Position numbers and translations under genes: made by a program. This document shows positions 34,089-43,628 of a stretch of DNA of 60,307 nt, in pieces; the first letter of the stretch is position 1, and every line of letters starts with the position of its first letter. The notes beneath the pieces are model-generated. The model was not told where the DNA came from and did not search any database. It saw only the letters and a list, made by a program, of their open reading frames with translations. Source of the stretch: an uncultured Candidatus Saccharibacteria bacterium (GTDB lineage: Bacteria; Patescibacteriota; WWE3; UBA101185; UBA10185); the NCBI GenBank assembly GCA_964612565.1, contig CAZTDP010000006.1, positions 1 through 60,307 on the forward strand. The letters are read 5' to 3'.

Positions 34089-35588
34089 TTAGGACGCGGC
34101 TACCTGTTGCGTGACTCCGCCACACTGTAGGTTTTGGCTCTGCACCTCGATGTTGGCCTGGTACATGATGCACTTGCGATCATGGTTGAAGACCGTGTAG
34201 ATCGTGTTGTCGTCGACGTCCTGAATCCAGAGCGCGGACTCGGCGTTCTTCGCGACGGTCGTGAATGCTGCCTTGAGCGCGCGAGGCGTTTCGACTCCTG
34301 GCTGAGCTGAGGCTTCGCCCTCAGCCGGATCGTCGCGGCACACGGGATTCTGTGCGCGTCGAGCCATCCACTCGGCGCCGAACTCCTTGCGCATCCGATC
34401 CGGAACATCCGCGTCGGGCCAACCGTAGGTGTTGTAGTTCGGCGTTGCTCCAGTGAGGCACTTGCTCACGCAGTCGCGCACGATTCGAACGTACCCGTCC
34501 TTGTAGTAGAGCGGGGTCAAGCCATGGTTGAGCGCGGCCATCAGGGTCGCGTGACTGGGAGCGTCTTCCTTGTACCGCTGCGGGGCGACAGCCAAGAGCG
34601 CTTCGTCCGTGTAGATGTGGTTCGGGTTTCCGCCAACTACGCTCGAGCGAAGAGCGGCCGCGTTCGCCGCAATGACGGCCGGGTGCGTTTCGCAGTTCTC
34701 GTACCAGAGGCACGCGCACCGAACGTAGTTGAGCGTCGAGCTCGAGAATGTCGAGGCCGCCGAGTAGGTGTCGGTGCTCGCAAAGATTGCGTGCTCGAGG
34801 TGAGCGATCGTCGGTTGCGCCTCTTGGAGTAGGTGCGCCTTGACCAGACCCGCGTTCGTTGCGTCGGTCTGCGCAATCGCCCAGTAGTCGATGACCTCGG
34901 ATTCAGCGAGGGCGAGCACATTGGTGAGGCTCTCGGTGCCGCTACCGCCCGAGCAGGGGACAAGGCGCGGATGCAGAGCAGTCCCACCCGACACCGACAC
35001 AGTGAGGCCGGCGGGGGCCTGCGAGAGGTCCCACCCGAACAGGTAGCTGTTCCCTTGGGTCCCGGCGCTTGCCACGGTCAGTGTCAGGACGCCGAGTGCG
35101 GACGTGGCCACGCAGGGCATCGTCTGGTTCTCGCCGGCAGCAAGCACGCCGTTCGAGGCGACGTTCGTCGCGCTGTCCGATGCGCCCACGGCGATGTCGA
35201 AGCGCTTGCCGCCGAACCAACACATGATGGTTCCTGCGGTGCTCCACGAGCCAGCGAACGTGATCTCAATGTCAGCCGCAACAGCGCCGCTTGCTTCAGC
35301 TGGAGGCAGGTGGATAACGTTGGTGTTCGGCACCATAAACGCCGCTTCCGCCTGCTGAACAGCAGTGGAGCTAGCGCCACAGAGCGCGATCGATTGGTCG
35401 AGCGAGAACGACTGTTCCATCGAGGAATCAGCCGTCATCGAGCCAGCGGAGGTCTTGGTGCCGGTGAGCGCGCACACGATCGGGAAGCTCCCTACGCTCA
35501 TGCGGCCGCCACCAAAGCGCGTCTCTCCGTAGTGCCCAGGAACCTTGTCCGCTGTACTCCACAGCGGCATATCGACAGTCGAAGTCAT
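34089..35588 (-). CDS. contractile tail sheath protein
   Basis: 499 aa. Its position relative to the tube gene, its size and its composition are typical of Mu gp39/P2 FI-like sheaths. Confidence 0.7.
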   Translation of the reverse strand: MTSTVDMPLWSTADKVPGHYGETRFGGGRMSVGSFPIVCALTGTKTSAGSMTADSSMEQSFSLDQSIALCGASSTAVQQAEAAFMVPNTNVIHLPPAEASGAVAADIEITFAGSWSTAGTIMCWFGGKRFDIAVGASDSATNVASNGVLAAGENQTMPCVATSALGVLTLTVASAGTQGNSYLFGWDLSQAPAGLTVSVSGGTALHPRLVPCSGGSGTESLTNVLALAESEVIDYWAIAQTDATNAGLVKAHLLQEAQPTIAHLEHAIFASTDTYSAASTFSSSTLNYVRCACLWYENCETHPAVIAANAAALRSSVVGGNPNHIYTDEALLAVAPQRYKEDAPSHATLMAALNHGLTPLYYKDGYVRIVRDCVSKCLTGATPNYNTYGWPDADVPDRMRKEFGAEWMARRAQNPVCRDDPAEGEASAQPGVETPRALKAAFTTVAKNAESALWIQDVDDNTIYTVFNHDRKCIMYQANIEVQSQNLQCGGVTQQVAAS

Positions 35589-35607
35589 GTTGCTTTACCT
35601 CGTGGCG

Positions 35608-36075
35608 TTAGGATTTCCGCGAGGTCTTCGCGGGTTGGTCTGCAGTTTTCTTTGCCTCTGCTTCTGCCTTGGCCGCGGCCTCTTCGGCTGCTTTCTTCGC
35701 TGTAGCGCGGTCGGCTTCCGCTCTCGCGAATGCTCCGGTCCCGTGCTGCGCGTCGTAGGTCTCGGCGGCTTGCGCGCGGAATCCCTCGAGCAGCTTCATG
35801 GGCTCGATGAAGTTGATCCCGAGCTCGTTCGCGAGCTTCGCAGTGCCGGCAATCAGCTCACCACGCCAGATCCGCTCTTTGATATAGCGGGAGTAGCAGC
35901 AGCGGACGGGCTCACTCGAGATCGTGAACTTGCCGGTCTCGACGCTGTACGTCGCGCCGTACCATCCGCGCCCATCGTTGGGCCCCTTCGGTACGACGCA
36001 TTGCGGCTCCCCGCTCGCGTCAACGTGCAGGTATGGGTTCGCGTAAACCTCGACGATTTCGCCGTCTCTTGGCAT
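35608..36075 (-). CDS. hypothetical protein (155 aa) with Ala/Lys/Glu-rich tail
   Basis: ATG 36075 shares one nt with the upstream TAA. Confidence 0.5.
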   Translation of the reverse strand: MPRDGEIVEVYANPYLHVDASGEPQCVVPKGPNDGRGWYGATYSVETGKFTISSEPVRCCYSRYIKERIWRGELIAGTAKLANELGINFIEPMKLLEGFRAQAAETYDAQHGTGAFARAEADRATAKKAAEEAAAKAEAEAKKTADQPAKTSRKS

Positions 36076-36632
36076 TAGTGTGTGCTCCAAACGGCTTCGA
36101 GGTTCGGAAACCCGCCGCCTAGTGAATTGAGTAGGACCGCGTGCGCGTGATTCTCCGCAGCGCGCATGAAGAAGAAACCCTCGGTCCCCGGGTGATAGGC
36201 GCTACGACGGAAGATGCTTTCGCCGTTCGCTCCCTTCCACCGGAGAGCGATACCGCGGCCTACAACGTGCTCGTGTTGGCCCTTGCCTCGAGCGCGGCGC
36301 GACTGCCCGGGGTAGAGTCCGGAGAGCGGCGCGTTGTAGCCAGCCTTGGGGAAGATCCAGTGCGGCTTGGTTGGTTCCTCGACGAAGAGCGCGTAAGGCG
36401 CGTTCGACGTCTTGAACTCCCACACGTACGTGTTGCCGGACCACCCGACTACGCGGGCCATGATGCCGCGCCGGAGGTTGCCGCTCTTGTCCTTGAATCC
36501 GCCCTGTTTCGCCTTCTCCGCGCCTGCCTTTGCAGCGCGCGCGACGGCGATCATCGTGTCGTTTTCGATCGCCTTAGCTGACGACCTCACACGCTGGTGA
36601 AACTGGGTCATGTCGAATGTCGCTGACAGCAT
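36075..36632 (-). CDS. tail completion / neck protein, HK97 gp10-like
   Basis: Start uncertain (ATG 36632 or 36611, TTG 36662). AAKAGAEKAKQGGFKDKSGNLRRGI fits the gp10-family pattern (A..AK......TG.LR.SI). Confidence 0.45.
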   Translation of the reverse strand: MLSATFDMTQFHQRVRSSAKAIENDTMIAVARAAKAGAEKAKQGGFKDKSGNLRRGIMARVVGWSGNTYVWEFKTSNAPYALFVEEPTKPHWIFPKAGYNAPLSGLYPGQSRRARGKGQHEHVVGRGIALRWKGANGESIFRRSAYHPGTEGFFFMRAAENHAHAVLLNSLGGGFPNLEAVWSTH

Positions 36633-36846
36633 GGAACATCGCCCGGTGAACGTAGCCACCAACGTGCGTTTGGATCGTGATGTGACGGCGAAGAGCCTCT
36701 GGATTGGTCCCGTCGTAGAGGTCCTTGTTCGGTTGCTCCACGGCGAGGCGTCGGAAGATTCGCGAGTCTCTTGCGCCTACCGCTCCCTTCGCGGACATCT
36801 CTGGGGAAACTTCGCGGAGGCGGTCGGGGGCTATGTCGAGGCTCAT
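36574..36846 (-). CDS. hypothetical head-tail protein (90 aa)
   Basis: ORF track; ATGA overlap with the upstream gene. Confidence 0.45.
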   Translation of the reverse strand: MSLDIAPDRLREVSPEMSAKGAVGARDSRIFRRLAVEQPNKDLYDGTNPEALRRHITIQTHVGGYVHRAMFHAVSDIRHDPVSPACEVVS

Positions 36847-37553
36847 GCTTCGTCCTGGTAGTTGACGGTCGTGTCGGTTGTCGCGTCGCCGTTGGTTCGG
36901 TAGGTGGCGATCGCGGTGTTGGGGTAAGCGCCCAGCGACGGGTCGAGCTCAAGGTGCTCCGTCACGTCGATCGAGAACGCGAACCCGTAGTAGGGGAGCG
37001 GTTTGCCGTCGCCATCGACAGCCTCGAACGTGAGCGACTTTGCAGCCGCCTCAGCGAGCTCGATCGTGTCAGCTCCGACGTAGCGGTTGATGAGCGAGCC
37101 CATCGCCGCAGAGTGGACGTCGGTGTCGCCAGGCACGACCCACTCCGGAGTACGCTGCATCATCAGCGCCTCGTCGACCGCATCAAGCACCGCGTTCGAC
37201 ACGGTGTCTCGAGCGATCATGTGCTCTTCTTGGGCGGGCTCAGTGATCCAGGCGACTTCGATCCGGGACTGCTTGGTGCCCATCCCGTCGGCGAGCTTCG
37301 AGCGAGTGCGCCGTCCGCGCCACAGGTAGAGAGCCGGTAGACGCTCCTCCTCGAAGAGCTTGGTCGGGTCCCGGAAGAAGACGTGAGCGACAGTCTCGCG
37401 ACCCGGGCAAACAGCGTCCCAGAGCTCGCGACACGCGCGATTGATGGCCGCCTGCAGGAACTGCCCGAGGTAGCCCAGCGCCACGTCACCAGCAGGCAGG
37501 ATGCCGTCTGGAGCGGCATACGGGATCGCCTGAGCACCGAGCTGGTTGGGCAT
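36843..37553 (-). CDS. hypothetical head-tail joining protein (236 aa)
   Basis: ORF track. The ATG shares one nt with the upstream stop. Confidence 0.5.
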   Translation of the reverse strand: MPNQLGAQAIPYAAPDGILPAGDVALGYLGQFLQAAINRACRELWDAVCPGRETVAHVFFRDPTKLFEEERLPALYLWRGRRTRSKLADGMGTKQSRIEVAWITEPAQEEHMIARDTVSNAVLDAVDEALMMQRTPEWVVPGDTDVHSAAMGSLINRYVGADTIELAEAAAKSLTFEAVDGDGKPLPYYGFAFSIDVTEHLELDPSLGAYPNTAIATYRTNGDATTDTTVNYQDEA

Positions 37554-38017
37554 CAGAACAGGCCTGTCCCGTTGACGGCGAAGAACGTGGGCTCGTCGAG
37601 AACACTCACGACCTCGTCACCAGCGTAGACGGCCCCTCCGGTGTTGGCGGCTGGGTTCGGTGAGCCTTGGATCGGCAGCTGGATCTCTCCGCGCCGAAGC
37701 CTCATCAGCTGCTTGTCCGTGTACTCCCACAACTGCGTCCACTCGCGCTTGACAGCGTGGGGAAAGCGCCGAGCAAACAGTGCCTCAATACAGTCGAGGA
37801 CCATCGTCTGGGCAACTACGCCACCGTCACGACGAAGCGCGGTTTGGTCCGGGTAGACGCAGAGCGCCACCGACTCAAACCACGCCTCACCGTCGGTGAT
37901 TACGCGGGAAAGTGGACCGTTGTCTGCAAATCCGTCGTTGTTGTCGTCGAATGTTCGACGCACGACGGCAGCAGACAGGCGGTCCTCAACCTGCGCTTGT
38001 GAGACGTAGATGCCCAT
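37553..38017 (-). CDS. head-tail adaptor, Mu gp36 / DUF1320-like
   Basis: ATG 38017 (MGIYVSQAQVEDRLS...). The family pattern Y.....v..rl.......d.......d...l...I.d.e..... is recognisable by eye. Confidence 0.5.
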   Translation of the reverse strand: MGIYVSQAQVEDRLSAAVVRRTFDDNNDGFADNGPLSRVITDGEAWFESVALCVYPDQTALRRDGGVVAQTMVLDCIEALFARRFPHAVKREWTQLWEYTDKQLMRLRRGEIQLPIQGSPNPAANTGGAVYAGDEVVSVLDEPTFFAVNGTGLF

Positions 38018-38021
38018 TCGA

Positions 38022-38351
38022 CTACGCTTGCTCGACGGTCTCACCCAAGAGGCGAGCATCTTGCGTCGACAACTCGATCACTTCTCCGATCTGTCGCTCG
38101 CTGCCGCCGCACCAAACGGTGCCGGGGCCCACGATGCGATACTTGCCATCTTGACGCTTCGAAACGTCGAGCTTGGGCGCTGGAGCTGCGCCATTGGCAA
38201 CGAGCTCACCGAGTTCCTTCGCCTCATCGGCGGTCAGCTCGAGTGATTGACCAGCCTTCACCTGCGTCTTTCCGCGGGTGACAGAGCCGGGGCCCACGAC
38301 GTGAAACGTCTCAGTCGTGGGCTTTTGGGTGCCCTTCTGCGGCTCGCTCAT
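38022..38351 (-). CDS. hypothetical protein with internal two-fold repeat
   Basis: HVVGPGSVTRGKTQVKAGQSLELTADEAKELGELV aligns with YRIVGPGTVWCGGSERQIGEVIELSTQDARLLGETV. Confidence 0.55.
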   Translation of the reverse strand: MSEPQKGTQKPTTETFHVVGPGSVTRGKTQVKAGQSLELTADEAKELGELVANGAAPAPKLDVSKRQDGKYRIVGPGTVWCGGSERQIGEVIELSTQDARLLGETVEQA

Positions 38352-38353
38352 GG

Positions 38354-39460
38354 TTAGCCGATCGGGGTGGTGACGAGGTAGCCGGCGTCCGCGGCGATGA
38401 TGACGCTCGCGTCCGCGAAGGCGATCTGCGTGTGGAATCCACCACGACCGCCAACGCCGTTCTCGAACCAGGACGACTGGAAACGAGGCGTCTCGATCGT
38501 CGCTCCGAAGCCGACGGTATCGATCCCCTGGAGCGTCGAAACTCGGTAGACGCCGAGGCTGTTCGCCCAGATGTTGGTGTAGACGGCGGTCGCTCCCTCG
38601 CGGGCGCTGTTGTACTTCGCTGAGCCAACGAGAACCTCGTCAACCTCGAAGTAATTCGCGAGCTGCTCACGAGTGACGCGGCCACCGCCGGACGTGTACT
38701 TGAACGCGTCCAGAATCACCGGGTGACGGACGAGGACGTTGTAGACCGGAAGCGACGTCGCGATAACGACGCGGCTCGGGCCACCGTGGAAGAGGGCGGC
38801 CTTCGCGGTCTGGATGACGCCGAGCGGGTCACCACCACCGTTCAGCCACCGGTCGGATCCGGTGAGCGCGGTCGTGTTGGATCCGAAGTTCCCGGAGGTC
38901 TGAGCCACCGCCGCGATGCGTCGCTCCTGCTTCAGAGCAAGCCGATCGGCAATGCTCATCAGCGGGTTGACCATTCGGCGAACAACCGAGTCCATGGCCT
39001 TGTCGGTCCATGCGTCGACGAAGCGCTTCTTGGCTCGGCGCTGCAGGGAAACGCTCGTGAGCGAGAACCCCTCTTCGATCTCCGAAACGGCGCCGCGGGT
39101 TCCGATCGTGTCGTCGCCGTCCTCGGCGAAGCTGTCGGCCTTGGCCTTCGTCCAGTACTCGGCGGACAGATCGCCATCGTCGAGACCGAGATCGCTCACG
39201 GTGTTGACAGACGGCATGATTCCGAGGCCGATGTACTCGTCGTTCTTGTACTGGACCGCGAGGTTCTGCAGCACAGGAGTGGTCGAGACGGATCCGGGCG
39301 TTAGGGCGCACTGTCGAAGCGCGTCGGTCATCGCCTGAACATCGCTCTTGAGTTCCTCGGGAGGATTCTCAAGATTACTGATCAGCGCAGACTTGAAACG
39401 GTCCCACTGGAGACCCTTCTCAGAGCGCGCAACATGGCTAGTGTCTTTGTCGAAAGACAT
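38354..39460 (-). CDS. major capsid protein (capsid protein E-like by size and position)
   Basis: 368 aa. Follows the decoration-like and protease-scaffold genes. Confidence 0.7.
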   Translation of the reverse strand: MSFDKDTSHVARSEKGLQWDRFKSALISNLENPPEELKSDVQAMTDALRQCALTPGSVSTTPVLQNLAVQYKNDEYIGLGIMPSVNTVSDLGLDDGDLSAEYWTKAKADSFAEDGDDTIGTRGAVSEIEEGFSLTSVSLQRRAKKRFVDAWTDKAMDSVVRRMVNPLMSIADRLALKQERRIAAVAQTSGNFGSNTTALTGSDRWLNGGGDPLGVIQTAKAALFHGGPSRVVIATSLPVYNVLVRHPVILDAFKYTSGGGRVTREQLANYFEVDEVLVGSAKYNSAREGATAVYTNIWANSLGVYRVSTLQGIDTVGFGATIETPRFQSSWFENGVGGRGGFHTQIAFADASVIIAADAGYLVTTPIG

Positions 39461-39492
39461 AGGTCTTTTACCTCAAAGTGTGTGTGGTGCGG

Positions 39493-39921
39493 TTAGCTGA
39501 CGGTGCGCGAAACACCGAGCCACCCGCCGACGAAAGTGCCGGCCGTTGCGCTCGTTTCGCGGAAACAGCAGATGGGAACGATCAGGGTGGTTCCGCCGCC
39601 GACAGCCTCGTCGGTGACACCATCCGTCGTTGCGACGCCATAGGCGCCACAGGTTGCGCCGCCAGTGCCGACCAAGATCGGAATGGTGACGGGGGAGCCG
39701 ATCGGAACAACGCCGATCTTGTCTCCGGCTGTTGCAGGCCAGGTGCCGTCCTCGGTCGAGTAGGCGACGTGGGTCGCGAGAGACGTCGATGCGGTGCACG
39801 GAGTGGCCGCGCCGTTTGCGTCGACGATGACGGGAACGCCCTTGCCGACAGATTGCCCGGTAGCGACCGAAGCCGCGTCCAGGAACAACTCAACAGGGCC
39901 CTTGCGCAATGCAGTGGTCAT
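39493..39921 (-). CDS. head decoration / DUF2190-like protein
   Basis: 142 aa, Gly/Ala/Val/Thr-rich beta protein between the protease-scaffold and capsid genes. Confidence 0.5.
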   Translation of the reverse strand: MTTALRKGPVELFLDAASVATGQSVGKGVPVIVDANGAATPCTASTSLATHVAYSTEDGTWPATAGDKIGVVPIGSPVTIPILVGTGGATCGAYGVATTDGVTDEAVGGGTTLIVPICCFRETSATAGTFVGGWLGVSRTVS

Positions 39922-39927
39922 GAGCTC

Positions 39928-40350
39928 TTACTTCGCTTTCTGCGTGACGGCTGCGTTGAATCGCTCGCCGGGATTGCCGTTTGCGAGCGACGAACCTGGG
40001 CCGCTCGTGGGGGTCTTGTTCTGGAGGAGCATCAGATCGGCGCGCTTCTCCATGCGCTTCGCGAACGCCGCCTTGCCCTCGCGCTTGCGATCGGCGATAG
40101 CGTCGTCGACCTCGGCAGCTGTGATGCGCTTGCCTACGTAGGACTCGACCTCGAGCTTGATGAGCTCGCCTTCGGAGTCGTCTGCGCGCTTGGTTTCAGC
40201 AGCGAGCTTCGTTGCGAGATCGGCGCGCTCGGCTTCGAGTGCAGTGAACTTCGCTTCGAGCTCTGCGCTCTTGGTATTGGCAAGCTCGAGTTCGCTCGCC
40301 ATCTTCTCAGCGCGGGCCGTAACTTCGGCCAGCATCTTCTCTAGATCCAT
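39928..40350 (-). CDS. nested in-frame scaffold protein (140 aa)
   Basis: In-frame ATG 40350 (MDLEKMLAEV...) is preceded by CAGGAGGTCCAGACA, a strong SD 8 nt upstream. Confidence 0.5.
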   Translation of the reverse strand: MDLEKMLAEVTARAEKMASELELANTKSAELEAKFTALEAERADLATKLAAETKRADDSEGELIKLEVESYVGKRITAAEVDDAIADRKREGKAAFAKRMEKRADLMLLQNKTPTSGPGSSLANGNPGERFNAAVTQKAK

Positions 40351-40944
40351 TGTCTGGACCTCCTGTGGTTGCGTTGCGGAGCGCGTGGCGAGCTTGTGCA
40401 GCAACGCGCGGTGGCTTGTGATGTCGTCTGCGCTCAGCGAAACCGCGTCTGGGTTTGCGCCCATTGGGCAGATCGAAAACTCATAAAGCTCGTTCTTCGA
40501 CAGAACGTAGACCTCGACGTCGTTGCGCACTTCGCGCCGCACATCGTGAGGGTTGAAGCCAACCGATCCGCCCTTGAGGAACCCGCTCTTGATGAGCCCA
40601 AAGATGCGATCGGCGAACGGGTTAAGGTCTGCCGGGGCGAACTGCACCTTGATGTGCAGAGCTGGGCGCCCCTCGTGGATCACTACCCCATGTTCGATGC
40701 TGCGACCGATCGGAAGTGTTGCTTCTGGAGGCAGCGAACCGCCACCAAAGAAGCCACCGCCCACCGATCGGTTGTGGTGGTACAGGATGACCGGGTTCTT
40801 GTCGAACCGCGATAGGTCCCAATCCTGCTCAACGATCTCACCGTACGAATCAATCGCCTCTGTCGAAGCGATGTAGTCGACAGTGCGCGCTTCTTCGTCG
40901 ATGCTGCGAGCAACGAGGCCCGAGCTAAAGCTCTTGTCTGACAT
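39928..40944 (-). CDS. prohead protease (HK97/S78-like) fused to a coiled-coil scaffold
   Basis: The N-terminal 190 aa are protease-like (...YHHN....LPIG...GGSVGF...). The C-terminal 140 aa form an Ala/Glu/Lys coiled coil. Confidence 0.65.
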   Translation of the reverse strand: MSDKSFSSGLVARSIDEEARTVDYIASTEAIDSYGEIVEQDWDLSRFDKNPVILYHHNRSVGGGFFGGGSLPPEATLPIGRSIEHGVVIHEGRPALHIKVQFAPADLNPFADRIFGLIKSGFLKGGSVGFNPHDVRREVRNDVEVYVLSKNELYEFSICPMGANPDAVSLSADDITSHRALLHKLATRSATQPQEVQTMDLEKMLAEVTARAEKMASELELANTKSAELEAKFTALEAERADLATKLAAETKRADDSEGELIKLEVESYVGKRITAAEVDDAIADRKREGKAAFAKRMEKRADLMLLQNKTPTSGPGSSLANGNPGERFNAAVTQKAK

Positions 40945-40953
40945 GTTAAAAAC

Positions 40954-42354
40954 TCACGCCGCAGCGTTGTCGTCGTCTTGCTTCGAGCCGTCGTCGTTTG
41001 CTGGTGGAGGCTCAGCAGATGGCGCAGCGCCAACCACGAGCAACTCACCAGGCTTCGGCTCGCGAATGCCGCCCTGGTTGCGAACCCACTCTTGCGGGAT
41101 ATCGATCTTGCCAGCGAGCAGGCTGATGGCCTTCGCTAGCTTCTCGATGTCGACGGTCTCGCGGATGTTCAAGCGGAAGCGCCCAGGAATCAGCGTTGCC
41201 CCGCCGTTGTACATGGCAAACGGCTTGCACACGTACTGCGTCATGAACGAGTCAACGCCACGCGCATCGAAGTCTCGATTGATGAGGCGCATCCGGTCGT
41301 GGACTTCACCCAATGACCGAGCGCCCTTGACGCCTGAGTCACTGCTGAGAGTCCCGCCAAGCACGCCCTTGGCCATCTCTTGACCAAGGAACGCCGCGAG
41401 CTCTGCATGCGTTGACTGCATGCTCGACGCGGTTCCCTTGGGCCACTCGATAATGAACTTTGCCGTCTCAGGGAGGAGTGCTGCGCCGGTTGCCGCAAGC
41501 GTCTTGATCGCCTGCTGCAGGATGCTCTTGTCTCCGGGGCTCGCGCCCCTGAGGTAGGTGCCGATTCGCCACGGCTTCCACCCGAGCTCACCGAGCTGGA
41601 TCCAATCGCGGATGTCCCAATTGCGGAACAGTGCCATCCACGAGAGCATTCGCCCGTAGCCCTCGCGGGCCATGGCGTCTCCGTTGATGCGCGGGAAGTT
41701 GCCGAGAAAGTTCCCGGGAGCGTAAGCGTCGAACAGGTCAACGCCGTCTCGGTCTGGAGAGCTTCCTGGAGTCGGTAGAAACAAGAGCCTGCCGTCGGAT
41801 TGACGGTAGCCGAAGCGCCGTGAATGGATCGGCGCGAACCGCTTCGGGATGAGGTAGCCATTCTGGTAATCCCAGACGGCCTCACTGAACGCAAACCCGA
41901 ACGCGTTGCCCTCGCCGACCATGTGAGCGATCAGGAGCGGGAGCGTGTCGCTGGCCTTGAGGGCCTCAGTGAGCACCTCAACAGCTTTCTTGTCCCGCTT
42001 CTTGGCGCTCTCCGGGAGTTCTATGGTCCAGTCGAGCGCGGCCACCGCTAGCTCACGCAGTGACATCACCTCTTGCAGCGTACCGTCCTTCTGACGGCAC
42101 TCGTGCAACAGGTCAACGAGGCGCGATGGCGCCCCGCTGTCAGCCTCGAGAATGATCTGGCTCACTCCCTGCGGTGACAGGTTCCCGCCGATGCGCGAGA
42201 ACTGAGACCACAGGGGAGTTTCGGCTGTGTTTGGCGTAGCCGGAGGCGGACCGCTTCGGTCTTCGCTGTCCGATGACTTTGCCTCGACAGGTTGCTCGAG
42301 GTAGCCATCGATCAGCGAGCGCGCGGTCGCAAGTGCGCTCGAGATGAATCCCAT
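40954..42354 (-). CDS. portal protein, Mu gp29 / DUF935-like
   Basis: 466 aa. Sits upstream of the protease-scaffold gene. The N-terminal region pattern is compatible with DUF935. Confidence 0.6.
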   Translation of the reverse strand: MGFISSALATARSLIDGYLEQPVEAKSSDSEDRSGPPPATPNTAETPLWSQFSRIGGNLSPQGVSQIILEADSGAPSRLVDLLHECRQKDGTLQEVMSLRELAVAALDWTIELPESAKKRDKKAVEVLTEALKASDTLPLLIAHMVGEGNAFGFAFSEAVWDYQNGYLIPKRFAPIHSRRFGYRQSDGRLLFLPTPGSSPDRDGVDLFDAYAPGNFLGNFPRINGDAMAREGYGRMLSWMALFRNWDIRDWIQLGELGWKPWRIGTYLRGASPGDKSILQQAIKTLAATGAALLPETAKFIIEWPKGTASSMQSTHAELAAFLGQEMAKGVLGGTLSSDSGVKGARSLGEVHDRMRLINRDFDARGVDSFMTQYVCKPFAMYNGGATLIPGRFRLNIRETVDIEKLAKAISLLAGKIDIPQEWVRNQGGIREPKPGELLVVGAAPSAEPPPANDDGSKQDDDNAAA

Positions 42355-42357
42355 GGT

Positions 42358-42975
42358 CTACTCGTAGAGGGTGATGGGCGTTGCCGCTGTGGTGGACGTG
42401 CGGATCCGAGGAATCAGCGTCGTGTGCTTCTCGCCGGCTGTGCAGGGGAGAATGTCAGCCTCTCCGTTGGTGCGATAGAAGCCAACGTTTGCTGCAGATC
42501 CACCGCGAACAGCGTGGAATGGCTCCTGCTGAGCGTCGAACGAGCGCCGTGGGCACTCGAGGTCAACCCACCCGAACGTCCACGCGCCCGAGGTGTTCGC
42601 TTGCGCGCCAACGGCAACACTGGTCACGGCGCCGTCTAGCGGACCGTCTGCGACGAATGTCGCGTTGCCGTCAGTTCCAACAACAGTGGCTGTGCGGGTG
42701 ACCGCGACGCCCTTGTAGGTGCCGGTGAAGACGATGGTCGAGCCGTTCGTGTAGCTGCCGGCGGAGCTCGAGGCGGTAGCCGATGGCCACTGCGCCCATC
42801 CGGACTTGCCGTCTGGGCTCGGGGTCTTCGCTGCGCCGTTGAGGTTCGCTCCGGTGTACGTCTGGTCGGTTGCCGCAGTCGCGATTGTGGTCTTGATCGC
42901 GTCGGCGTCGGCGATGTTCGCCGTCACAAACGTCCACGCGTTAGGTGACGCGCCTGTGTAGCCTGGCTGGCTCAT
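42358..42975 (-). CDS. hypothetical beta-rich protein (205 aa)
   Basis: ORF track. Thr/Ala/Gly-rich. Lies between the terminase and portal genes. Confidence 0.5.
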   Translation of the reverse strand: MSQPGYTGASPNAWTFVTANIADADAIKTTIATAATDQTYTGANLNGAAKTPSPDGKSGWAQWPSATASSSAGSYTNGSTIVFTGTYKGVAVTRTATVVGTDGNATFVADGPLDGAVTSVAVGAQANTSGAWTFGWVDLECPRRSFDAQQEPFHAVRGGSAANVGFYRTNGEADILPCTAGEKHTTLIPRIRTSTTAATPITLYE

Positions 42976-43598
42976 TAGGGCACCGCGTAGAGGACTTCGA
43001 CCGTGACAGAGCCCGCGGTAAGCGCGGCGAGGTTGTGGCTCGCGTCAGGCGTGAACGTCGCGAGGACCTGCGCCTCGGAGAAGTTTCCGTAAGGCCGCGT
43101 TGCTGTGCCGCCTCCAACGGAGTACCAAGCGGCAGCGGTCCCGCCGAGAACGTTCAAGGCGTTCATCAGCGCGGTAGTCGCACCGGAGATTCCGAGCGAC
43201 ATGGTACAGGTCGACACCGATCCACCGGTAAACTGCGTGGTCAGATACGCCTGGGCGAACAGCACATTCGCGCCGGCTGGGAGAGCTGCGCCAACGTTGA
43301 TCGCTTGCGCGGTGTTGTTGGTGTCCTCGGTCAGATCAGCGTGAGTGATCGTGAGCACGCGCTTCTTGACCCCGCTCGGGATCATGCGCCCGCCAGCCGT
43401 GACGGCGATTCCGCCCTCGGACGCTGCGGCAGCCGAGCGGTATTGGTAGACCGTCTCAGTCGTCGAACAGAAGTAGAGTTGCCCCTCGACGAGTACATAT
43501 AGCGGAAGCGCGGCGAGTTCCGCAGAAGTGCCGACGCCGCCGATTCGTTCGCTGACCTGGCGCGCAGCTAGGTCGCCGTGGATGATCTTTCCAGTCAT
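42975..43598 (-). CDS. hypothetical beta-rich protein (207 aa)
   Basis: ATG 43598 follows AAGGA. Lies between the terminase and portal genes. Confidence 0.5.
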   Translation of the reverse strand: MTGKIIHGDLAARQVSERIGGVGTSAELAALPLYVLVEGQLYFCSTTETVYQYRSAAAASEGGIAVTAGGRMIPSGVKKRVLTITHADLTEDTNNTAQAINVGAALPAGANVLFAQAYLTTQFTGGSVSTCTMSLGISGATTALMNALNVLGGTAAAWYSVGGGTATRPYGNFSEAQVLATFTPDASHNLAALTAGSVTVEVLYAVP

Positions 43599-43628
43599 GG
43601 AGTTTTTCCTTACGGCGCCGAGCGCCAA

